Source: an uncultured Anaerolineales bacterium (lineage in GTDB: Bacteria; Chloroflexota; Anaerolineae; Anaerolineales; UBA11858). From it: 64,000 bases of DNA. Both the position numbers and the translations under genes were made by a program. Of the stretch, positions 51,201 to 57,953 are shown piece after piece (positions within the stretch are counted from its first letter, which is position 1; every line of letters begins with the position of its first letter). A model generated the notes under the pieces. It saw only the letters and a list, made by a program, of their open reading frames with translations, was not told the origin of the DNA and did no database searches. The stretch covers positions 859-64,858 of the forward strand of contig CAZTJD010000009.1 of NCBI GenBank assembly GCA_964613985.1. Reading direction: 5' to 3'.

Positions 51201-51914
51201 CTGCGGTACTTTTAAACCAGCCTGGTTTAAACCATCTAATACCCCCATTGCTGATCGATCGTTGCTGGCAATCACAGCTGTAAAATTTTCGCCCTGATTG
51301 ATGATCTTCTGAATGGCTTGGCGTCCACCTTCGTAGAGGTGTGAACCATACGCAACCAGCTTCGGATTAAAGGGTAGTCCAAAGGAAATTACTTCGTCTT
51401 CGAACGCACGTAAGCGAATTCCACTATCCCCGTGTTCTGAATGTTGGCGACCAGCCACGAAAGCAATCCGGCGGTGACCATGTTCCACAAGATGCTCAAC
51501 TGCCTGGTGGATACCTCCATGGTTGTCAGCGACAACGCCTGGTCCGGAATCGCGATCACCAGCATAAACGGTTGGAAAACCGCTGGAAACCAGATCCCTG
51601 GCGTAGCAATCCCCCGCTTCCGAAGCAAAAGGGGAAACGATAATTAATCCATCCGTATTCCAAGGACCAACCGGCACAAAGTCAACTTCAGGTGAGAGTA
51701 ATGGCCAGGCAGGTTTTCCAGGGTCAATGCCGCAAGCCATTAGCAGGTTACAATCGTATTCACTCGCCGCAGCCTGGATGCCTCTAAATACATGCTCAAG
51801 GAAGCTATCTGGAGTTCCCGTATATACTTTCCATCCAGCCAATACACCGATCGTGACCCTGCCATGTTTACCCATGGATTTCATGATACCATTTATAGAC
51901 TTCAACCGGTCCAC
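48252..51914 (-). CDS. Soluble hybrid sensor-regulator: PBP1 sugar-binding domain, GAF-like linker, HisKA, HATPase, REC (degenerate), REC, AraC-type HTH
   Basis: 1220 aa, GTG start (alternative ATG at 51884). A LacI-type ligand domain without HTH (VTIGVLAG..., AVIASNDRSAMGVLDGL, IIGFDD). H-box SHELRTPLN. N/G boxes NLVNNAVKFT, DTGLGIP, GGLGLGLAICRKLVEMHGG. REC2 VVDDDPG...LLDLLMPELDG. C-terminal AraC HTH (SERHLTRCFRQEVGITP...GFSSSSYFTRVFRE). No hydrophobic segment. Confidence 0.85.
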   Translation of the reverse strand: MDRLKSINGIMKSMGKHGRVTIGVLAGWKVYTGTPDSFLEHVFRGIQAAASEYDCNLLMACGIDPGKPAWPLLSPEVDFVPVGPWNTDGLIIVSPFASEAGDCYARDLVSSGFPTVYAGDRDSGPGVVADNHGGIHQAVEHLVEHGHRRIAFVAGRQHSEHGDSGIRLRAFEDEVISFGLPFNPKLVAYGSHLYEGGRQAIQKIINQGENFTAVIASNDRSAMGVLDGLNQAGLKVPQDIAIIGFDDRLEARAVNPPLTTVHYPMFGLGYQSVGLLLRAIEGESVNEELVLIPTNLVIRESCGCLQGVLGTKDNEGASKVEKERKTYDVISHLIEQMTSAVHKESLWLNKDEIVSTVTQLVEAFLLSLEQNNPQNFLMMIKKILQRVSIRGDDLFTWQTAITILRDQLHLIHQVVSTRLSVHQEEDLLHQGRVAISEVALGQFTRALLKQAREADQVGLMTSKFFVANDEQEIFDVLIKNLPSIGIHDASVGYYEEEEQDPVAWSVLQTPCCSFNRKLRLEPEYRFPTRSFPPRGLYPEEKAYQQAVLPLTIQNDVCGFVSFDASNLSPCADIVRQLGASLRSVRLYREAVAAQQLAEEANHLKSRFLSMVSHELRTPLNLITGLSNILLDETNESGENLQADPQISIKEDLQRIYISAQHLDGLIRDVLDLASSDVGQLKLVCEPLDITEVLDAVIVIGEQLARDKGLAWHDEIARNLPRVWGDRTRLRQVALNLVNNAVKFTTRGEINLTARLEKGHIIVSVIDTGLGIPLHEQKVIFDEFRQSERATARGYGGLGLGLAICRKLVEMHGGEIGVYSSGDEGGGSMFFFSLPIFERQENLSEKFVPFSEAQRVLLLVKHEEGSGHLIGHLIKHGYEAELCLLQEDNDWLANLLLAAPDVVMLDLGLTSERGWEILKILKENPATKEIPVVFYAVKDNAEGVSFLEIDYLTKPLGPAALTELISSKGLLNSEGSWDDGRAILVVDDDPGILELHARIIEAQLPGHRILFARDGRQALQLIYKERPSLVLLDLLMPELDGFGVLEEMRKNDLTRSTPVVVITGQMLTDEDMSRLNAGAASVLGKGMFSVDETLEHLTNALERKRKPGVEIQRLALKAMAYIHANYTEPVSRSDVAKYVGLSERHLTRCFRQEVGITPITYLNRYRVKQAKVMLDEGRMGITEIAMEVGFSSSSYFTRVFREQVGVSPRAYLQSRCLDSNK

Positions 51915-53678
51915 ATGAGTTTAGTAATTGTGCTTAAAAATATACAACACCAATCCTTATTATACCTAATCTTCGTCATTTTCCTTTATGGCGCTTTACT
52001 CTTGCCTTCGGTTCCTCGGCAAGGTATATCGTGGGATGAGCAAACGGATATTGATATTGCCAGATTTTACCTATCACAGCCTGGAGGTTGGTTGCTTGGC
52101 TCAGATTCTGATCCAAGTCAGGCTCGTCTACCGATGTACGTCGTGGCAATGATCTATAAACTTATAGGAGTGGATAATCTGCTGACAGCCCGGTACACGA
52201 GTGTTATTGTGGGTGGACTAACAATCTTGGGGGTTTATATCTTTTGTAAACAGGAGTACGACTCGAAGCGAGGTGTTCTTGCGGCAGGTATTCTGGCGAC
52301 AAGTCCATTTTTTTTGTCATTTGCGAAGACTGCATTCACTGAGACGGATATTTATGCCGCCTGCCTCTTCATCTGGTTTCTAGTATGTTTCTCAAATTTT
52401 CATGCAAAGCGCACCATCATGTCTGCCTGGATCGCTGCAGCTGTCTTGGGTTTGGCGATATCCTCCAAGTTCACAGCATTATTTCTTTATCCAGCCATAC
52501 TGGTCCATATCTTTTCCTGGCTGGGTCAGAATACGAAGCAAGCAAATATCCGCCTTCGCGCCATTGTTGGTATCGCTGTACCCTTGATTATATTATTTTC
52601 AATAGCCTTCCTTAGCTGGACTGGTGCTGATCTCCCATTTGGCGCTCAAAATAATACCGTCGTCGCAGTGACCTATTATTTATTGGCGATGATTTGTTGG
52701 GCAGTAATCTTGCTTTGGGTTGCAAACCATCATGATCAAACCGCTTCCCCATACATCCTGGGAATCCTGGTTTTAGTCCTGGCAACCACCACCTTCATTA
52801 TGTTCCCTCCGGTGCACCTCACCAATCCTGATATTATTCATAGTTTATTTTACCGGGTAGATCATGAAATGGGGCTGAATTTAAAATTTATGGTGGAGGC
52901 AATTGGACTACATTTGGGGTGTGTGATATTTAAGTCAAGTCCAATGGTGGGGTTCGGACTTCTTGCAGGAATTATTTGGGCTGTCCTGCAGTGGAAGAAG
53001 CAAAAGCAGGTTCGCATGCCTCTCCTGGTAGTGATTTTTTATTTTATGGGGCTTGCTAGCCTGCCAATTGCGCAAACTTTTTACATGGTGCCATTGCTTC
53101 CATTCCTGGCGATATTAGGGGCAGATCTTTGGTTCAGTCTTCAATTCAGTCATCAAAAGTTGGCAGTACTTGTCGGAGTCGTTGCGATTTTCTTATTGGC
53201 TGTGGATTTAGCTTGCTGCTACCCTGATTACAACCTGAATGGTTACCAGTGGTTGGGACCCAGGAATTTTTTGGGCAGACCAACCATAGGATACCGAAGT
53301 ATCGTCCAGACCACCTCCGATGGAGTTCAACAGACCATTCAATGGGTGTGTCAAAATGCGAAGCATGATGATCGGGTTGTGATATTCGCGTATCCCTGGC
53401 ACATCGTTGAAGCCAGTTGCCCGGACCCAACCTTTCGTATCAGCCGTGGACAACAAGATTCATTGCTTTCCAGACCTGATTTTGTGCTTATCCATATCAA
53501 TCATCGGATTCGTGCCAGCTGGTCTGCCTGGATTCCTAGGTGGGATAGCAGCCAACCTGTAGATAGTATTTTCTGGGAACCCTGTGATAACGACTGGTTG
53601 GATGAGAACTATACCAAGGTATATTCTGTGCCAAGAGCGTTTGGGATCGAAATGGCAAGTGTATACCAAAGGAAGTAA
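51915..53678 (+). CDS. GT-C-fold membrane glycosyltransferase (ArnT/PMT-like, GT39/GT83-type)
   Basis: About 587 aa from ATG 51915 (MSLVIVL...), more than 10 TM. First-loop acidic motif GISWDEQTD. C-terminal soluble domain. The ORF opens at 51792 inside the divergent gene. Confidence 0.65.
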   Translation: MSLVIVLKNIQHQSLLYLIFVIFLYGALLLPSVPRQGISWDEQTDIDIARFYLSQPGGWLLGSDSDPSQARLPMYVVAMIYKLIGVDNLLTARYTSVIVGGLTILGVYIFCKQEYDSKRGVLAAGILATSPFFLSFAKTAFTETDIYAACLFIWFLVCFSNFHAKRTIMSAWIAAAVLGLAISSKFTALFLYPAILVHIFSWLGQNTKQANIRLRAIVGIAVPLIILFSIAFLSWTGADLPFGAQNNTVVAVTYYLLAMICWAVILLWVANHHDQTASPYILGILVLVLATTTFIMFPPVHLTNPDIIHSLFYRVDHEMGLNLKFMVEAIGLHLGCVIFKSSPMVGFGLLAGIIWAVLQWKKQKQVRMPLLVVIFYFMGLASLPIAQTFYMVPLLPFLAILGADLWFSLQFSHQKLAVLVGVVAIFLLAVDLACCYPDYNLNGYQWLGPRNFLGRPTIGYRSIVQTTSDGVQQTIQWVCQNAKHDDRVVIFAYPWHIVEASCPDPTFRISRGQQDSLLSRPDFVLIHINHRIRASWSAWIPRWDSSQPVDSIFWEPCDNDWLDENYTKVYSVPRAFGIEMASVYQRK

Positions 53679-53788
53679 AGCTCAATGGGATTCTATCCTG
53701 CCTGCATCCGTCATTGTAAGGTTTACGACAATTTTGACGACCAGTTGAACGAACCCGCTAAACCATAGGCTTAGGCGGTGGGCTCTTC

Positions 53789-56110
53789 TCAGGTGAGCTT
53801 TATCTTCATTGTGCTTCCCGATGCACTTATCAACACACCTTGTGAAGTAATCTCTGCTGTTCCACCGTGCACCTCTTTAATAGATGAAATGCCTATCAAC
53901 AAAACTTGCCAGTCTTTTACGCATCCCTGGCGATCAATATGGATGACATTATTGGAACACATCACATCAAAGGTCAAAATCACCTTGCCGGCTGTCGAGT
54001 AAATTTTAACTGGGGTGTGTTTACCTTCAGCCAGCTCATAGACTTGCAGGGTAACATGATCAGCGTAATCATAATCAGGCCGGTCATCGCGGTTACCAAC
54101 CGGGATGATCGAATTAGGCCTCACCATTAATGGGAGGCTGAAGAAATGATGCTTCTCTTTCTGCCAACACCCACCTGTAATGGATTTACCTGTTAGAAAA
54201 TGGGTCCATTTGCCATCTGGTAGGTAGTAGGTGACCGTCTGGTCCTGATTGAAGACTGGTGAGACCATCAATGAGTCACCTAGCATGTATTGGCGATCCA
54301 GATAATCACAACCGGGATCATCAGGAAATTCAAGCACCATCGCCCGCATCATTGGGATGCCGCTCTCATGCGTCGTGTGAGCCGCCTCGAAAAGATATGG
54401 CATAAGGCGGCACTTGAGTTTGGTGAAGTAGCGCAGCACATCTACCGTTTCAGGATCGTCATAAGCCCATGGTACACGGTAGGATGAATTACCATGCAGG
54501 CGGCTGTGAGACGAAAGCAAACCGAATGCACACCAGCGTTTATAAACATCGGATGAAGCTGTCAGTTCAAATCCACCAATATCATGACTCCAAAAGCCAA
54601 AACCTGATAACATCAGGGATAATCCACCGCGCAGACTCTCAGCCATTGATTCGAAAGTGGCTGTGGAATCACCGCCCCAATGGACGGGGAATTGCTGCCC
54701 TCCTACGGTTGCCGAACGGGCAAAAACAACCGCGTTGCCAGCACCCAAACGTTCCTTCAGCACATCGAAGACTGTCTTGTTATATAGATAGGAATAATAA
54801 TTATGCATCAGCGTTGGGTCAGATCCATCGAAATAAACCACATCATTGGTGGGGATTCTTTCACCGAAATCAGTTTTAAAGCAGTCGACTCCCATATCGA
54901 TCAACCTCAATAGTTTATCCCCAAACCATCGGCAAGCAGCCGGGTTTGTGAAATCCACGATGCCCATACCCGATTGCCAGGAGTCGGTTTGCCACACAGT
55001 CCCATCGGTCTTCTTCAGCAGATAACCCTCAGCCATACCTTCGTCAAACATCGCTGATCGCTGGGCTACATAGGAGTTGATCCACACGCAGATTTTTGTG
55101 CCGCGCTCCTTGAGGCGTTTCAACATCTCCTTGGGGTGTGGAAAAACATCCCGATCCCATTCGAAGTTAACCCAATGAAATTCCCTCATCCAGAAGCAGT
55201 CAAAATGGAAGACATGCACAGGAATATCGCGGTCAGCCATACCCTGGATGAAGCTGGTGACCGTTGCTTCATCATAATCGGTGGTAAACGAGGTGGTGAG
55301 CCAGAGACCAAATGACCAGGCAGGAGGCAGTGCTGGACGGCCTGTGAGGGCAGTGTACCTTTCTAGGACTTCTTTGGGGGTTGGTCCGTAGATGATGAAA
55401 TAATCTAATTCTTCTCCTGGAACACTAAACTGGACTCGCTCGACTTTCTCGGAGGCCACCTCAAAGGATACCTTTTCCGGGTGGTTGACAAGTACACCGT
55501 AGCCGCGGTTGGTCAGGTAGAAAGGGATGTTTTTATAGGCGATCTCGCTACTTGTGCCACCATCACCATTCCAGATATCCACAACCTGGCCGTTCTTCAC
55601 GAATGGGGTAAAACGCTCTCCCAGACCATAAATGCATTCACCCACACCCAGGGCTAACTGCTCAAAGGCAAATCGACCATCTGGTGTATCCGCAAACCCA
55701 TAATTGTGCCAGCCGCTATTGGTGATAACCCTGTCACCATCCTTAAACTCGACCCACCAATCATGACCCTTGTTCACCCGAACAGTCAACTTGCCGCTGA
55801 TAAGTGAGGCGGCTTTCTCGTCTACCTCAACCTGGACCTTAGGATCGCTTGAATTGATTTGAAATGCCGGTCTGCGTGGTTTACCTCCCTTGAAATGGGT
55901 TAGTTGCACCCGGATGACATTCTCCAAAGGGGATGAATAGCGGACTGTAAGCGTGGCAACATTGAGTGTGTCGCTTCGATGGTGGATATGCCGGGTTGTG
56001 GCAAACACAGTCAGAGATTTGGCATCCGTCTTCACTTCATGAACCTGAGTCGCAAAATAGGGGGTGATCATAGGGCGCATGCGCCAATAACCATCAGTAA
56101 ACTTCATCAA
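53789..56110 (-). CDS. yicI: GH31 alpha-xylosidase (YicI-type)
   Basis: 773 aa, colinear with E. coli YicI over long identical blocks (YGLGERFT, GGTS.E.AYKNIPFY.TNRGYGVLVNHP, GRPALPPAWSFGLWLTTSFTT.YDEATV, HVFHFDCFWM, KICVWIN.Y, GVDCFKTDFGERIP). Confidence 0.9.
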   Translation of the reverse strand: MMKFTDGYWRMRPMITPYFATQVHEVKTDAKSLTVFATTRHIHHRSDTLNVATLTVRYSSPLENVIRVQLTHFKGGKPRRPAFQINSSDPKVQVEVDEKAASLISGKLTVRVNKGHDWWVEFKDGDRVITNSGWHNYGFADTPDGRFAFEQLALGVGECIYGLGERFTPFVKNGQVVDIWNGDGGTSSEIAYKNIPFYLTNRGYGVLVNHPEKVSFEVASEKVERVQFSVPGEELDYFIIYGPTPKEVLERYTALTGRPALPPAWSFGLWLTTSFTTDYDEATVTSFIQGMADRDIPVHVFHFDCFWMREFHWVNFEWDRDVFPHPKEMLKRLKERGTKICVWINSYVAQRSAMFDEGMAEGYLLKKTDGTVWQTDSWQSGMGIVDFTNPAACRWFGDKLLRLIDMGVDCFKTDFGERIPTNDVVYFDGSDPTLMHNYYSYLYNKTVFDVLKERLGAGNAVVFARSATVGGQQFPVHWGGDSTATFESMAESLRGGLSLMLSGFGFWSHDIGGFELTASSDVYKRWCAFGLLSSHSRLHGNSSYRVPWAYDDPETVDVLRYFTKLKCRLMPYLFEAAHTTHESGIPMMRAMVLEFPDDPGCDYLDRQYMLGDSLMVSPVFNQDQTVTYYLPDGKWTHFLTGKSITGGCWQKEKHHFFSLPLMVRPNSIIPVGNRDDRPDYDYADHVTLQVYELAEGKHTPVKIYSTAGKVILTFDVMCSNNVIHIDRQGCVKDWQVLLIGISSIKEVHGGTAEITSQGVLISASGSTMKIKLT

Positions 56111-56130
56111 GTCCTCCTTCCATTATTAAA

Positions 56131-56204
56131 GACACGAGTATTTCCCTGGATTACCAGTTAATAACAGGGCATGGTAAATGATCGAAAGTTTATACGAGTG
56201 TTTC
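56131..56204 (-). promoter_or_regulatory. Two direct 14-nt boxes GAAA(C/T)ACTCGT(A/G)T(A/C) spaced 60 nt apart, upstream of yicI
   Basis: Plus strand: gacacgagtatttc (56131-56144) and tatacgagtgtttc (56191-56204), 12/14 identical. The proximal box lies just upstream of the GGAGG RBS. Confidence 0.3.
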
Positions 56205-56520
56205 TGTACCTCATTATAAAACGTATTCGTACAAAATACCCTCCGGTTGAGAAATGGCAGTGTTTCAGAATGAAATCATAGTATAAAAAAGCAAGGAATC
56301 CAGTTCCCGTTTCATCCACCACGTTTCCAAAGTGGTTGTACTTAGTTGGGGGTAATCCACAATGCCACGTTGATTATGGCACATCTCATAAATAGTTTCC
56401 CTGTAACCTCTTATAATTAATCCTTCTGGATCAATCAATATATTAAGGTGATATAATAACAATGAAAAAGACCCCACTTATTAATTGTTTGAGTAAGAAT
56501 AACATAAAGGATGGTTTCTG

Positions 56521-56712
56521 ATGTTAGGATCTCTTGGACCCACTGAATTAATTATTATTTTGGTAATCATTATCATCCTCTTCGGCGTCGGGCGTGTAAG
56601 TAAAATTGCTGGTGAGTTAGGAGGCGGCATTCGAGCATTTAAAGATGCCCTGACCACTAATAAGGAAGAAGCTGTAGAACCAGACACAAAGAAAGACGCG
56701 GATGAATCCTGA
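56521..56712 (+). CDS. tatA: Twin-arginine translocase subunit TatA/E
   Basis: 63 aa. N-terminal TM ELIIILVIIIILFG, a hinge FG, an amphipathic helix KIAGELGGGIRAFKDAL, and an acidic tail. Confidence 0.85.
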   Translation: MLGSLGPTELIIILVIIIILFGVGRVSKIAGELGGGIRAFKDALTTNKEEAVEPDTKKDADES

Positions 56713-56898
56713 TCTCTTAAAAGTGTAAATTTATCTTCAAGTCTGACAATGTGAAAGACTGCTGATTTTGCTCGAACAAATAACCTTAAAAAAATCTAAA
56801 AAAAGAAGGGGGTGCCTTTCCAGATGAATTCACTTATGCAATTTTGGTGCTTAATAAATACTAAACAAGATTTATTAGGCTCAATAGACACTTATACT

Positions 56899-56990
56899 CC
56901 CCCATTTTGGACATAATAGACTCTATACCACTGCATATGCAGGTATAGAACCAAAACCCGACCAATCTTAATCGTCAGGTCGAAGGTCGG
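56899..56990 (+). repeat. Dispersed repeat, copy 3 (attB-like paralog: left arm of copy 1 plus partial core plus right arm of copy 2)
   Basis: cccccattttggacataatagactc...gaccaatcttaatcgtcaggtcgaaggtcgg aligns with 5684-5778. The downstream tcatttcgggatccct resembles tccttccggggtcacct at 23411-23427. It lacks the cggcatacatgccg hairpin. Confidence 0.65.
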
Positions 56991-57953
56991 AATCATTTCG
57001 GGATCCCTGAAAATCTCATAGAAGTGTTTTTTTTGAAAATAACACAACTAGTCTTCACAGGTTGGAAATGCATCGAAATTAATCCTTCCCAAAAATTTTC
57101 ATGAAAAAATTCTTAGCCCGTTCTTCGAAATCACAATGGATAGAGTTTCTCAAGGTATGCAATAGGAACGATAGGCAAACAAGCAATACCAACCTATATA
57201 GGAAGCAAATTGCCCAGGTATCACAAAATAGTCCAACGAATTGTGTGTCCAATTTGAATACGGCATATCTTTCTCTGGGAGTCTGGCTTGCAAGCTGGTA
57301 TAATTCGAATGCTTTTAAGCAAGGACCACAGCGTAAGACAAGACAAACATCTAAGCTCGACAGAGATGAAAACCCTGCGAAGCATTTTTGACTCTCAGTA
57401 AAAAATCCTCTCGATTAAAAGTATTCTTTTGATAATAAATTTGGTAGAAAGAGAACGGGCATAGCACTAATTTACCCTGAAATAGATACTGCCAGATGAG
57501 TGTATTCTCAAAATTAATAATCATTCGCCTTGATTCACTTTCTGATCATTCAACTCGCTGCTTTTTAATTGTAGGTGGATCTATACTCGATGAAGCCAAT
57601 GACGTTTTAATATCCCTTGCAGGAAAACACCCTCGATTCAGTCCCATTTTCAATCGTGTCTCCGTGGTTCCTTGAACCATTTTTGTTGTCTCTTGGTGAC
57701 GACAATAGAAAATCGATAACATTCCTCCAACACTCCTGCTTCCTATGATTAGGGTTGGATGGCAGGAGGAAGCGACATCCCCAAGCCGAACGGTTAATAT
57801 TGCATGTCGGAAGGGCGGAGCTGTGCAGGTTGCCAGAATAAACACATGAATAAAAATCGGATTGCTCCCCTTGATTGAGACAATCATCTTTTCACCATTG
57901 ATTCCCGTGGAAAAACAATCAGATGGGAAATAAAGTAATCAAAGGATAAAGGT

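Noticed and set aside
57101-57391. 96-aa plus-strand ORF in the AT-rich spacer as a candidate small secreted or regulatory protein. Likewise 56265-56477 on the minus strand upstream of tatA.
   Set aside because: There is no RBS and no motif, and the composition is N/K/S/Q-rich as expected from AT-rich non-coding DNA. I did not call them genes, although conservation data could overturn this.
57546-57887. 113-aa minus-strand ORF, and the idea that this region hides a structured RNA. A ggaagcagg motif briefly suggested SRP RNA helix 8, and there are SD/anti-SD-like cctcc/ggagg pairings.
   Set aside because: The protein has no recognisable motif and odd composition. The SRP-like match lacks the GGAA tetraloop context and flanking conserved helices. 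I found no RNase P, tmRNA, 6S or riboswitch core sequences. It stays unannotated inside the AT-rich spacer.
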